Shown piece after piece: positions 8,612 through 18,788 of a stretch of DNA of 64,000 nucleotides. How positions within the stretch are numbered: the first letter of the stretch is position 1; each line of letters starts with the position of its first letter. The stretch is from Ostreococcus lucimarinus (taxonomy: Eukaryota), in NCBI GenBank assembly GCA_000092065.1, contig CP000592.1. The stretch is one strand, 5' to 3'. A program made the translations under genes and the position numbers. The notes beneath the pieces were generated by a model. The model was not told where the DNA came from and ran no database searches. It saw only the letters and a list, made by a program, of their open reading frames with translations.

Positions 8612-10972
8612 TTATTCGGCCGGCTTGACTTCGACGGCGTCTTCTTGAACGAAACTGAACTCCATCTCACAATCCATCGCCCAATGGAACTTATCTATCA
8701 ACGCCTTGGTAAATACCACGTTTGGCGGCACTTCGTGACGTTTGCACCAAGAGAGCGTGATTCTGGGATCGAGGTAGTTGATTTTCGACGTGCCGAGCGA
8801 CACCGTTTTCAATTCTTCCTTCATGTTCATTTGAATCGCCAACTTGCTTTGCCTTTCTTTCAGCGCCGCGAGCTTCTTCTTTTGATTCTTATCGTCCGTC
8901 TTCTTTTTCATCTCGGCCACCTGCTTCGCGAGATCCTTCTTCTTTTCCGCGAGTTTTTCCATTTGCGCGTCGTGCGCTTTGCTCACACCCTTCTGGTGAT
9001 TACACAAAATCGCCACCTCCTTGTTCGCCGCGTCGTAAGTTGCTTTCTTTTGAAGCGTCGTATCATTCTTTTTCGTGTCTTTCAGCAAACGATCCAAAGT
9101 AATAGAGGCGTTGTACGTACGGAACACCTTGATCGTGAGACCGGGCATGAGAGTTTGAAGATGCGCGTTTACTTTTTGCGGGTCGACGTGGTCGAAGATG
9201 TCCACATCCGGACCCTTGCCCTGAACGAACCGTTGCAAGCACTTGTATGCAACCTCATCGATCTTGTGTTGTTGAAGATATTGGATGGAGTCCTTACCCA
9301 AGAAATCAAACTCGATGACGTTATCATCCATAAACTTGATGTGACCGGCGCGCAAGGTACACACGCCGACGGTGTCGGCGAGATCTTCATCCTTCTCGCC
9401 ACCAGCACGAAGGGCGAGTTTATCCACCAAGTAAGTCGCCACCGCTAACTGAGCCATTTCCTTGGATTCACTCATCATGTTTCTCTTGTAATCCTTCCGG
9501 ATCTTTTCGATATACTTATGCAACGAGCGAGCCTTTTCGTACTTCTTTTGATCGCTCTCTGCCTTGACCGTAGATGTGGCGCCGAATTGGACGTATTTCC
9601 AGTCCTTCACGTTGATGACATCGTTCCATCCCGCCAACCACGTGGCGGTGTCGTTATGAATCACCGCTTTCCACGAGTGTCCAGCCGGAGGTTCGGGAAC
9701 CTTAGCATCTTTTCCTATATTGATGGTGATGTCTTCCGGCACGACGCGACGCTTGATTTTCCCCATCTTCGGGTGCTCGCCGCGCCCGCGGAACAAGCCA
9801 GGCGGTTCGACGCGGAAGTTACCAACCTTTTCGCGGCGACCGTCGATAGTGGCCCACGTGTAAGGTTCCTCATCGATATCTTTTTGCGCCTTGATGCGTT
9901 TCTTCTCTTCGCTCGTCATCTCCTTCTTCTTCTCTCTGATCGCCAAGAAGTGCATGTACATCTTCGTAAAGTCACACTTGGAGAAGTCCGTGATGAACGC
10001 GTGCGGGCCGTTCTTCAAAGCCGCCTTGAAACCATCCATGAAGTTTTTCACGAAGACCGGTTTGGTCGCGTAGTCAGAGTCTTTCATCACGGCAAAGAAA
10101 CCGGCGATTTCTTCCTCGTGCGGCAAGAGTTTCACCTCTTGTCCGTCGTACACCAACGGCACGCCGTGCGGTTCGTACTCGGGCGGGAAAAGTACGCCTT
10201 TGTGTTCGAGCGTCTTCCACATGATCACCGCGCCCTTCTTCGCCCCAGTCTCGCTTCGGTTCGTCTTCGGGCGCTTCGGCGCCTCGCTTCGCGCGCGCTC
10301 CTTCTCCTCGCGCATTCGCTTCTGTTTCTTCAGCATTCGACGTCGCTCATCGTCGCTCAACCTGTCGGCCCGCGCGGCTTTTTCCAAGCGTTTCTTCAAC
10401 TTTTCTTCCCGATACTTGCGCTCTCTCTCCCGCGCCCGCGCCTCCTCCTCTCGTCGTCGGCGTTCGTCCAAACCCTGATCCGGTCGGCCCGCCGCGATCG
10501 GCGCCTCGTCGCTCGAGCTGTCCAACCTCGAGCTCTGCTTCGCCGGCATCGCCACCGGTCGCTTCGACATCTTAAACCCTCCACCAATCGGCGGTTTCGG
10601 CGTCACGATCGGCGGTCTCGCCACCGTCGCGCCCTCCGTCTTCGCGAAAAAGTTCGTCGCCGGCGCCCGAGACGGCGCCGTCGGTCTCCCCGGCGCGCCG
10701 ACGCTCGCCCCCGTCGCCCCGTTCGCCCCGTTCGCCGCGCCGACCGCCCGCTGCGCCAGCGGCACGTCATCATCGTCCGAGCTCGACGCCCCGTTCGTCG
10801 CGATCGCTCGTCCCGCGCTCGTCCCGCGCGCGTCGCCGCTCGCGTCTCCGATGGTCGCATTCCCATCCGAATTCTCCCGCGCTCGCGCCGCATCCGCGCT
10901 CGCCGCGGGCGCTCTCGCCGCGAGCGGCGTCTCGTCGTCGTCGCTCGACGAATCCAGGACGTTGGGCGCCAT
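8612..10972 (-). CDS. TOP1: DNA topoisomerase I (type IB).
   Basis: TOP1 core and catalytic C-terminus (KGAVIMWKTLEHKGVLFPPEYEP..., ...GTSKINYLDPRITLSWCKRHEVP...FHWAMD), preceded by a long charged/low-complexity N-terminal region. Confidence 0.9.
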   Translation of the reverse strand: MAPNVLDSSSDDDETPLAARAPAASADAARARENSDGNATIGDASGDARGTSAGRAIATNGASSSDDDDVPLAQRAVGAANGANGATGASVGAPGRPTAPSRAPATNFFAKTEGATVARPPIVTPKPPIGGGFKMSKRPVAMPAKQSSRLDSSSDEAPIAAGRPDQGLDERRRREEEARARERERKYREEKLKKRLEKAARADRLSDDERRRMLKKQKRMREEKERARSEAPKRPKTNRSETGAKKGAVIMWKTLEHKGVLFPPEYEPHGVPLVYDGQEVKLLPHEEEIAGFFAVMKDSDYATKPVFVKNFMDGFKAALKNGPHAFITDFSKCDFTKMYMHFLAIREKKKEMTSEEKKRIKAQKDIDEEPYTWATIDGRREKVGNFRVEPPGLFRGRGEHPKMGKIKRRVVPEDITINIGKDAKVPEPPAGHSWKAVIHNDTATWLAGWNDVINVKDWKYVQFGATSTVKAESDQKKYEKARSLHKYIEKIRKDYKRNMMSESKEMAQLAVATYLVDKLALRAGGEKDEDLADTVGVCTLRAGHIKFMDDNVIEFDFLGKDSIQYLQQHKIDEVAYKCLQRFVQGKGPDVDIFDHVDPQKVNAHLQTLMPGLTIKVFRTYNASITLDRLLKDTKKNDTTLQKKATYDAANKEVAILCNHQKGVSKAHDAQMEKLAEKKKDLAKQVAEMKKKTDDKNQKKKLAALKERQSKLAIQMNMKEELKTVSLGTSKINYLDPRITLSWCKRHEVPPNVVFTKALIDKFHWAMDCEMEFSFVQEDAVEVKPAE

Positions 10973-11240
10973 CGCGGCCGCCGGGCGTCGCGCGTCGCGA
11001 CGCGAAGTGTCGAATTCAAACCGCCGCGCGCGATCGAGGCCGCCGGGTTCGAACCCGGGCTCGCGTTCGCGACGAACCTCGTACCGAGGTTTACCGTCGA
11101 CGATCGAACCTCATCGCGAGGTTCGCGCGCGCGCGCGGCGTCGACGCGCGACCGACGCGCGCGACGCGACACGCGCGCGCGGCGCGGCGACGGCGTCGAC
11201 GACGCGCGCGCGCGGCGGCGACGACCGACGACGCGCGCGG
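10973..11240. promoter_or_regulatory. Putative bidirectional promoter between TOP1 (-) and the METTL16-like gene (+).
   Basis: Head-to-head gene starts separated by about 270 bp. The exact TSS is not determinable from sequence. Confidence 0.3.
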
Positions 11241-12182
11241 ATGTCCGGGCGATCGCGGAAGCGCGCGCGCGCGCGCGACGCGCGCGATTTCGCGGCGTTG
11301 GCGAGGAAGGATGCGCGATTGGGCGCGCGCGTCGAGTGGCGCGTCGACGCGCGCGGCGAGGAGACGGCGGTGGTGGATTTTAAGGACTGGGACAGCACGC
11401 GCGCGCTGACGGGGGCGATCCTGCGCGAGGAGTACGGGGTGGAGGCGTGGACGGTGCCGCGCGGGCGGTTGGTGCCGACGGCGACGAATCGAGAGCGGTA
11501 TTTGGAGTGGTTGGCGCGGTTGCGCGCGCTGTCGGCGCCGAGCGGTGACGACGCGAGCGTGTGGGTGCTAGATATCGGGACGGGGGCGAGCGCGATATAC
11601 GCGCTGCTCGGCGCGGCGGGACGCGGGTGGCGCTTCGTCGGCACCGACGTGTGCGACGAAGCGTTGACGAGCGCGAGGGAGAACGTGCGACGGAATCCGC
11701 ACTTGGAGTCGCTGATCGAGATACGGGACGCGCGGGGTGAAGATGGGGCGCGCGATCGCGTGCTTCGAGGCGTGGTGAGGGATGGGGAGACGTTTACGTT
11801 TTGTATGTGTAATCCGCCGTTTTTCGAAACGATGGACGAGGCGGGCAGGAATCCGAACACCGCGTGCGGGGGCACGGCGACGGAGATGGTGTTTCCAGGA
11901 GGCGAAGAGGCGTTCGTAAAGAAAATTTTCGCGGATTCGTTGACAATGAAGGATTCGATTCATTGGTTCACGACGATGTGCGGGAAAAAGAGCACGATGA
12001 CGACGACGCGCTCGTTCCTTCACACGCATCGCGTGCCCGCCATTCGCACGACGGAACTTTCGCACGGGAAAACGTCGAGATGGTGCATCGCGTGGTCGTT
12101 TTCAAAAGACGCCGCGAGCAAGGCGCTAGTGCCTTTGCCCGAAGATCCCGACGGAAAAAAGGCCGCCGTGAGCGGACGGTAG
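11241..12182 (+). CDS. METTL16: METTL16/RlmF-family N6-adenosine RNA methyltransferase.
   Basis: The SAM-binding motif VLDIGTGASAIYALL and the catalytic NPPF motif (FCMCNPPFFETMDEAG) are typical of RlmF/METTL16. The start is taken at Met 131 of ORF 10851..12182, because the upstream part overlaps the TOP1 CDS on the other strand and is Arg-rich. Confidence 0.75.
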   Translation: MSGRSRKRARARDARDFAALARKDARLGARVEWRVDARGEETAVVDFKDWDSTRALTGAILREEYGVEAWTVPRGRLVPTATNRERYLEWLARLRALSAPSGDDASVWVLDIGTGASAIYALLGAAGRGWRFVGTDVCDEALTSARENVRRNPHLESLIEIRDARGEDGARDRVLRGVVRDGETFTFCMCNPPFFETMDEAGRNPNTACGGTATEMVFPGGEEAFVKKIFADSLTMKDSIHWFTTMCGKKSTMTTTRSFLHTHRVPAIRTTELSHGKTSRWCIAWSFSKDAASKALVPLPEDPDGKKAAVSGR

Positions 12183-12217
12183 AGACAAACTTAGATTACG
12201 GTACTAGTACAGTAGCA

Positions 12218-13174
12218 CTAAAATTTACAGCTAGGATTAAATTCGACGGGAATGTGCGCGTCATCGACGGCCCAGAACGGAAACCCTAAATCATCCGAGC
12301 TCGCGTGCTGAACGCGCACCACCTTGCCCATCGATCGCCGTTTCTTCACGCGCGCCTGCTTGCCCCACAACGCGTCCTTCGCGTATCTCGCCCACGGCCG
12401 GGACGACCCCTCAGCGTGCACGGACTGATCCCACGTCTCGCTACCCTCATCCACGGGTGGTGGCGGTAAAAACGCGCTCCCGACCTCGACGCTCGCGACG
12501 TCTCCGACCTCTTCGCGAATGCGCTTCGCGTCCGTGCCGAAGACGAATTCATAGTCAAACAAATGATTCTTCAAATACTTTTTAAGCTCTCCGTGACCCA
12601 TCTTGTGATCGCCGTATCGATCGTTGGACACGATTCGAGCCTCGCGCGCGCGACCGTAATCTATGATGGTCAAGTCATCCGCGCTCCGCTCGCCCGCTCG
12701 CTCCACCAACCGCACCCGTCCGCGCCGCACCTCGGCGAACAACCTCTCGTTTCGCCACGTCCCGCGCCCCAGATATCGCACGTGTCTCGGCACGACCACC
12801 CCTAAGCTCCCACCGTCCGCCAGACCGTGCAGCGGTCCCTCGACGTACGTCGACGGCACGAACGCCACGACGTCGGCGTCGATCCTCGCCCACGCCTCGT
12901 GCTCGAGCGCCGCGACGACGCCTCGCGACAGCGGCTGCTTATTCCTCGACCCGAACGCCGCGTGCAGCGCCGCGCTGTAGCACCACGCGATGTTCGCGCC
13001 GTCCAGCGCGATCGCCGGTCGCGCGCGTCGCACCGCGCCGTCGCCCCTCGTCGCGCGGGACGGCGCGCCTCGTCGCCGCCGCCGCCCGTCGCGGTCGCGC
13101 GCGCGCCCGCCGCCCGCCGCGCCTCTCGCCGCGCGTTCGCCCGCCGCGCGCGCGTCCGCCGCGCGCGCCGCCAT
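12218..13174 (-). CDS. NYN-domain ribonuclease (Zc3h12a/MCPIP-like RNase domain).
   Basis: RPAIALDGANIAW...VVAFVPSTYVEG...LTIIDYGRAREARIVSNDRYGDH parallels the Zc3h12a NYN core (VIDGSNVA...VFVP...VVSND). The start at Met 79 of ORF 12218..13408 is uncertain because the upstream part is Arg-rich low complexity. Confidence 0.65.
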   Translation of the reverse strand: MAARAADARAAGERAARGAAGGGRARDRDGRRRRRGAPSRATRGDGAVRRARPAIALDGANIAWCYSAALHAAFGSRNKQPLSRGVVAALEHEAWARIDADVVAFVPSTYVEGPLHGLADGGSLGVVVPRHVRYLGRGTWRNERLFAEVRRGRVRLVERAGERSADDLTIIDYGRAREARIVSNDRYGDHKMGHGELKKYLKNHLFDYEFVFGTDAKRIREEVGDVASVEVGSAFLPPPPVDEGSETWDQSVHAEGSSRPWARYAKDALWGKQARVKKRRSMGKVVRVQHASSDDLGFPFWAVDDAHIPVEFNPSCKF

Positions 13175-13649
13175 CCGCGCGTCGCGCCGCCGTCGCGCGT
13201 CGCGACGCCTCGCGCGCCGCCGTGCGTCGCGCGTCGCGGCGCCGCGACGGCGCGTCGCGCGGCGTCCGCGCGATCGGTCCGCGCCAACGGTTTGCGCGAA
13301 TGGCGCTTTTGCGCGCTTCAATACTATCCGAGAGTCCGAAAGCTTTATTATGACTCTCCGACGAGTCCTGACTCGACTTTGCGTGCGAAAACTAAACTCA
13401 AACGACACGCTTCACACGGACCCTCCACGGGCGACGCGATTTCAAATCTCGCGCCGCGCGCGCGCGTCGCGACACCGTCGCGCGCGCTCGGAGCGCGGCA
13501 CCGTTCGTCGCGCGGCCGCGTCGCGACGCGCGTCGCGAGTTCGCGCGGCGAAGCGCGCGGCGCGCGTGGACGCGCGCGTGGAAACGCGCGCGAGAGACGC
13601 GGCGCGCCGAGAGCGACCGGCGAGGCGACGGGCGAGGCGATCGCGCGCG

Positions 13650-16600
13650 ATGGGCGCGCCGACGATGGACGACGCGGCGTGCGCGGCGCGGATGCGGTGC
13701 CTGTACGAGACGTGGCGCGCGGAGCGAGACGGGGCGTTCGGCGGGGCGAGCGCGCTGGTGGTCGGGACGGGGGCGAACAAGGAGGACGACTTGCGGTACC
13801 TGAAGGCGGTGGCGCTGGAGGTGTGGTTGTTTTCGTACGAGCTGCCGGACACGCTGTTGATGTTCACGGAGCGCGGGATGCACGTGGTGGCGGGAGGGAA
13901 AAAGGCGGCGCTGATGGAGAACGCGCGGGAGGTGCTGAAGGAGGAGTGCGGGTTGGATCTCGCGGTGCACGTCAAGCCGAAGGGCGAGGACGGCGCGGCG
14001 CAGGCGGCGGCCGTCGTCGAGGCGATTAAGAGCGAGAATCTGGTGGTTGGGATGGTGATGAAGGAGAAGAACGAGGGTGCGATGATGCAATACGTGACGA
14101 AGGCGCTCGGGGAGGCTGGGATGGAAATTAAGGATGTCACGAGCGGCGTGTCGCTCGCCATGGCGGCCAAGGATGAAAAGGAGCTCGGTTTCGTGAATAA
14201 GGCGGTGACGCTAACGAGCAAGGCTTTGGGGTTCGCGGTGAAGGAGATGGAGGCCACGATCGAGGACGAAAAGAAGTTGACGCACGCCAAGTTGTCGGAG
14301 ATGACGGAGGATGCGATTATCGATCCGTCGAGACTCGGTTTGAAATTCCCGCCAGAGGACGTGGATATTTGCTATCCTCCGATTTTCCAATCTGGTGGCG
14401 AGTACGACTTAAAATACAGCGCAGAGAGCGCGAACACGAAGCTTCACTACGCTTCCCCGCCCGCGGTGGTGCACATGTCCGTCGGCGCTCGATACACGCA
14501 GTATTGCGCGAACGTCGGTCGCACGTACATGGTTGATCCGACGCCCGCGCAGGAGGCGACGTACGCCGCTATTCTCGCCGCGCAAGAGGCGGGTATCGCC
14601 GCTCTCGTCGATGATGCGACGTGTGCGTCCGTGTACGAAGCTGTCAAGTCCTCTCTGACGAGTGCGGAAGGCGTCGACGGCGCGACGTTAGCTTCAAAGT
14701 TGAACAAAAATGTCGGCACCGCCATGGGTCTCGAATTCCGCGACATGACTTTTGTGTTGAATGGCAAGTGCGAAACCAAAATCAAGGCTGGTATGTTGTT
14801 TAATCTCGCCGTCGGTGTGCAAGGCTTGAAGGAGCCGAGCGCCAAGGAAGGTAGTAAGAATGAAACGTACGCCGTGATGATCGCCGACTCTGTCTTGGTG
14901 GGCGCCGCGGGCGAGACGCCGTCAGTGTTGACCACGAACCCAAAGGGCGTCAAGGAGATCTCTTACATCATGAACGACGATGATGACGACGACGACGACG
15001 AAGAAGCCGAGGTCCAAATCAAACAAGGGGGCGTCATCATGGATGCGAAGACTCGCGCCGAGCAATCCGGTCCGAGCTCGGCGGAGGATCGCGAGCGTCG
15101 TCAGCGCGCGTTGGCGGACAAAAAGAATGCCGAAACGTACAAACGATTGACGCAAGCGGGCGAAGAAGAGATTCAAAACGCCACTATGGGCTCATCCGCA
15201 GAATTTGTCGCGTACAAGTCCATGCGTGAAGTCCCGACGCCGAAGAACAAAGAGCTCGTTCTCGCCGTCGACCAAGAGCGCGAAACCGTCCTCGTGCCGA
15301 TTTACGGTCAGCTCGTGCCTTTTCACGTCATGTCGGTCAAGTCTGCCTCAGTGAGCCAAGATGCCGGTGCTGCGTTTATTCGTATCAACTTTCAGCATCC
15401 CACCGGTTCAGGGGCGGTGGCGGTACAAAAGTACGCGGCGGCGGCGCGATTTCCGAACTCCATCTTTTTGAAGGAGGTGAGCTTTCGCAGCACGGACGCG
15501 CGTCACGCCAACCACGTGGTGCAAGAGATCCAAGCCTTGCGACGTAACATCGTGCAACGTGAAACTGAGCGCGCGCAACGCGCCGATTTGGTTCGCCAAG
15601 AGCGTCTCGTTCTCTCCTCTGGCCGCGTGCATCGCTTGACGGGTTTGTGGATGCTCCCGACGTTCGGCGGTCGCGGCGGTCGCAAGGCGGGCACGTTGGA
15701 GGCGCACACGAATGGTATGCGATATCTCGGCGCCAAAATGGACGAGCAGGTGGACATTATGTACGATAACATCCGATTCGCGTTCTTCCAACCGGCCAAG
15801 CAGGAGATTAAGACTTTGATTCATTTCCACTTGAAGAATCCAATCATGATCGGCAAAAAGAAGACGCAAGACGTGCAATTCTACCAAGAAGTCATGGAGG
15901 CTGTGCAAAACTTAGACGGCGGGCGTCGTAACATGTACGACCCGGATGAAATCGAAGACGAACAACGCGAGCGCGAGCGTCAAAAGAAAATCCAAAAGGA
16001 GTTTAGCCACTTTGCCAAGCGCGTGCAAGAAATTTGGGAAAAGGATTTCCCGCAGTTGAATTTGGAGTTTGACTCGCCGTATCACGAGCTCGCATTCCAA
16101 GGGGTGGCGTACAAGTCCACGGTGCGCATTCTGCCCACGACGTCGTGCTTGGTCGAACTCACGGAGTTCCCGCCGCTCGTGCTCGCTTCTAGCGATATCG
16201 AAGTCGTCAACTTGGAGCGCGTCGGTTTCCATTTGAAGAACTTTGACATGGCGATCATCTTCCGCGATTTCAACCGCGAAGTCCATCGCATCGATCAAAT
16301 CCCGAGCCAATACTTGGAGAACATCAAGCAGTGGTTGACGACGCTCGATATCAAGTACTACGAAGGTAAAGCCAACTTGAACTGGAAGCCGTTACTTCGA
16401 CAAATCAAAGAAGACCCCGACGGCTGGCTTGAAGCCGGCGGTTGGGAATTCTTAAACAACGAAGCCTCCGACGGCGAAGACGAAGAAGACGAGGAAATGA
16501 GCGAGTTCGAACCGAGCGAAGACGAAGACGAAGACGAGTCCGAAGAAGAGTCCGAATCCGAAAGCGTGTACGATTCCGAGGAAGACGACGAAGAGGAAGA

Positions 16601-16715
16601 ATTGGACGAGGACGACGAGGAAGGTTTGTCTTGGGACGAGCTCGAGGAAAAGGCCGCGAAAGAGGATGCCGACGCCAGCGATTCCGACGAACGGCCTCGA
16701 AAGAAGAAGCGATAG
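13650..16715 (+). CDS. SPT16: FACT complex subunit SPT16.
   Basis: The M24-like N-terminal domain, middle domain and acidic Asp/Glu-rich C-terminal tail are collinear with SPT16. The start is at Met 221 of ORF 12990..16715; the upstream part is an Arg-rich artefact overlapping the NYN gene region. Confidence 0.9.
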   Translation: MGAPTMDDAACAARMRCLYETWRAERDGAFGGASALVVGTGANKEDDLRYLKAVALEVWLFSYELPDTLLMFTERGMHVVAGGKKAALMENAREVLKEECGLDLAVHVKPKGEDGAAQAAAVVEAIKSENLVVGMVMKEKNEGAMMQYVTKALGEAGMEIKDVTSGVSLAMAAKDEKELGFVNKAVTLTSKALGFAVKEMEATIEDEKKLTHAKLSEMTEDAIIDPSRLGLKFPPEDVDICYPPIFQSGGEYDLKYSAESANTKLHYASPPAVVHMSVGARYTQYCANVGRTYMVDPTPAQEATYAAILAAQEAGIAALVDDATCASVYEAVKSSLTSAEGVDGATLASKLNKNVGTAMGLEFRDMTFVLNGKCETKIKAGMLFNLAVGVQGLKEPSAKEGSKNETYAVMIADSVLVGAAGETPSVLTTNPKGVKEISYIMNDDDDDDDDEEAEVQIKQGGVIMDAKTRAEQSGPSSAEDRERRQRALADKKNAETYKRLTQAGEEEIQNATMGSSAEFVAYKSMREVPTPKNKELVLAVDQERETVLVPIYGQLVPFHVMSVKSASVSQDAGAAFIRINFQHPTGSGAVAVQKYAAAARFPNSIFLKEVSFRSTDARHANHVVQEIQALRRNIVQRETERAQRADLVRQERLVLSSGRVHRLTGLWMLPTFGGRGGRKAGTLEAHTNGMRYLGAKMDEQVDIMYDNIRFAFFQPAKQEIKTLIHFHLKNPIMIGKKKTQDVQFYQEVMEAVQNLDGGRRNMYDPDEIEDEQRERERQKKIQKEFSHFAKRVQEIWEKDFPQLNLEFDSPYHELAFQGVAYKSTVRILPTTSCLVELTEFPPLVLASSDIEVVNLERVGFHLKNFDMAIIFRDFNREVHRIDQIPSQYLENIKQWLTTLDIKYYEGKANLNWKPLLRQIKEDPDGWLEAGGWEFLNNEASDGEDEEDEEMSEFEPSEDEDEDESEEESESESVYDSEEDDEEEELDEDDEEGLSWDELEEKAAKEDADASDSDERPRKKKR

Positions 16716-16847
16716 ACATTTACGCGACGATCATCACGTTATATGGATTGAAATTACACGCACCAAATCAACCATTCTTCGCGCGAACGTCCGACTCGCG
16801 CCCTTCGTCCCCGCGCCGTCGAACGCGTCGTCACACCGGGAAGCGCC

Positions 16848-17470
16848 ATGTCTTACCTTCTTCCCCATCTCCGCAACGGGTGGGCCGTCGACCAGGCGAT
16901 CTTGAGCGAAGAGGACCGCGTCGTGGTCATTCGTTTCGGTTCCGACGCCGACGACACGTGCATGCGCATGGACGAGGTGCGCGCGCGACGAAACTCGCGC
17001 GACTCGACCGATTCTCGCGTCGATTCCGACGACTGACGACGACGATTTCGCCCGTTCGCGCGACGCAGACCTTAGCGGGGGTGGCGGATAAGATTAAAAA
17101 CTTTGCCATCATATACTTGGTGGACATCTCGGAGGTAAGCGTCGACGCGCGACGACGACGACGACGACGACGACGACGGCTGGCGCCGCCGCGAAGCGAC
17201 GACTGACGAACGAACGGACGAACGAACGACGCGCAGGTGCCCGATTTTAACGCCATGTACGAGCTGTACGACCCGTGCACGGTGATGTTCTTCTTCCGGA
17301 ACAAGCACATACAGATCGATCTCGGGACGGGGAACAACAACAAGGTGAACTGGGCGATGGACGATAAGCAGGAGTTCATCGACATCGTGGAGACGGTGTA
17401 CACGGGCGCGCGCAAGGGGCGGGGTTTGGTGATCTCTCCGAGGGATTACTCGACGAAATATCGATACTAG
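16848..17470 (+). CDS. TXNL4A: U5 snRNP protein DIM1 / thioredoxin-like 4A. Three exons: 16848..16976, 17069..17134, 17237..17470.
   Basis: The spliced product MSYLLPHLRNGWAVDQAILSEEDRVVVIRFGSDADDTCMRMDE|TLAGVADKIKNFAIIYLVDISE|VPDFNAMYELYDPCTVMFFFRNKHIQIDLGTGNNNKVNWAMDDKQEF...SPRDYSTKYRY is 142 aa and about 80% identical to human DIM1 throughout. The donors are GAG|GTGCGC and GAG|GTAAGC; the acceptors are CGCAG|ACC and CGCAG|GTG. Confidence 0.85.
16977..17068 (+). other. DIM1 intron 1 (92 nt, GT..AG, with a GACTGACG motif about 30 nt upstream of the AG).
   Basis: Required for collinearity with DIM1. Confidence 0.75.
17135..17236 (+). other. DIM1 intron 2 (102 nt, GTAAGC..CAG; contains a (GACGAC)n run and a GACTGACG motif about 28 nt upstream of the AG).
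   Basis: Required for collinearity with DIM1 (…VDISE|VPDFN…). Confidence 0.8.
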
Positions 17471-17539
17471 CGCTAGAAGAATGTTACATGCATGCATACA
17501 CATAGATTGATTCGAATCGTTTCGTCGTTTCGTTTCGCG

Positions 17540-18616
17540 TCACGGAGCGGCGCGTTTGGAGCCTCGCACGTCGCGAATGCCGCCCGCGGTGACGGCGTAC
17601 CGCGCGCGCGCCTGCGGTAAACGCGGAGACTTCGTGACGAACGCCACGCGTTCATCGTTTTCCCAGCTTAAAATCACCCTCGTCGTACACGCGTGCGCGT
17701 ACGACTCCCCGAGCGCGGGCACCAGCCGCGCCGAGCCGTCGCGCTGCGGCTTCACCGTCACCTGATTCACCGTCACCACCGCCACCTGCTGCGTCGTCGC
17801 GATGGACATCAACCTATTCGTCATCTTACTCAAAATCGTCGTCCGCAGCGCCATGTCTTGAAAATCCTGCCTAAAGTGAAACGCCACGCTATCGATCACC
17901 ACCAACCGCACTTTGGGTCGCTCGGCGATGAACTCCCCGAGCGTCTCCAGCGCCGCCAACAGCTCCGTCACCTCGTGACATCGAAACAAGTGAATCCCTC
18001 GCAGCATCGCCTCCGGCGCGCACGTCTCAAGCGCCGCCTCCATCTCTCGCCTCGCGTCCTCGTCCTCGCACCTCTTCGCGCACCGCCCTAGGTGTTCCGC
18101 CAGCGCCTCCGCCATGTCCATCGCTCGCTCCGCCGTGAAGCTCCCCTCCGTGTCCACGTACACCGCCTCGCCTCCCAATCCCCCGAACGCCCGCGGCGTC
18201 TGCGCGCTCACGCTCAGCTGCATCGCCATCTGCGTTTTCCCGATTCCCGGGCATCCGCACAGCTCCGTGATCTCGCCGCTCGCCGCGCCGCCTCCCAGCG
18301 CGTCGTCCAGCGCCTCGCAAAACGTAAACACCGACCACCGCGCGCGCTCCTCTCGCAGCAATTCCGCCGCCGACCGCGCCCCTCTCAGCGCGATGCCCTC
18401 GCCGTTGAATCGCGCGGCTTTCAGCGCGTCGTTCGCCTCGTCCAGCGTCAGCGCGCACTCGCGCGCGAGCGTCGACGGAGAGTTTCCAGAGATGCGCAGG
18501 ACGTCGCGCGCGCTGTGCACGCCCGCGCGCTGGAGCTTCGAGCGCGTGGACGGCGCGAGGGCGAGCGAGGTGAGGGCGTAGGAGTCCTGGAACCAGTCGC
18601 CGGGGGCGTGGTCCAT
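17540..18616 (-). CDS. RAD51C: RAD51 paralog, best match RAD51C (RecA-fold ATPase).
   Basis: Walker A GCPGIGKTQMAMQLS plus GGLGGEAVYVDTEGSF, VRLVVIDSVAFHFRQD and LVPALGESYAHA follow the human RAD51C pattern (GAPGVGKTQLCMQLAV...GEAVFIDTEGSF...VRLVIVDGIAFPFRHD...LVPALGESWGHA). Confidence 0.85.
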   Translation of the reverse strand: MDHAPGDWFQDSYALTSLALAPSTRSKLQRAGVHSARDVLRISGNSPSTLARECALTLDEANDALKAARFNGEGIALRGARSAAELLREERARWSVFTFCEALDDALGGGAASGEITELCGCPGIGKTQMAMQLSVSAQTPRAFGGLGGEAVYVDTEGSFTAERAMDMAEALAEHLGRCAKRCEDEDARREMEAALETCAPEAMLRGIHLFRCHEVTELLAALETLGEFIAERPKVRLVVIDSVAFHFRQDFQDMALRTTILSKMTNRLMSIATTQQVAVVTVNQVTVKPQRDGSARLVPALGESYAHACTTRVILSWENDERVAFVTKSPRLPQARARYAVTAGGIRDVRGSKRAAP

Positions 18617-18788
18617 GGCGACGGCCGACCGCGCGCGCGGGGGCGTGACGGGTGATTTTTGATTTTTAAACGCCTCGCGCGGATGCGTGGAACGACGGAG
18701 CGACGGAACGACGAACGACGGAACGATGGATGGATGGTGTCACAAAGACGCCGAACGCCGCGCGCGCGACGGGCGTCGCGCGTAATTA

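Noticed and set aside
12802-14290. Multiple long overlapping ORFs on both strands and all frames, encoding poly-Arg/Ala/Gly proteins. Examples are 12802..13287 -, 12827..14029 +, 13398..14090 - and 13442..14290 -.
   Set aside because: They are low-complexity translations of CGC/GCG-rich DNA. They overlap the real NYN and SPT16 genes, which have clear homology. This is a typical high-GC artefact.
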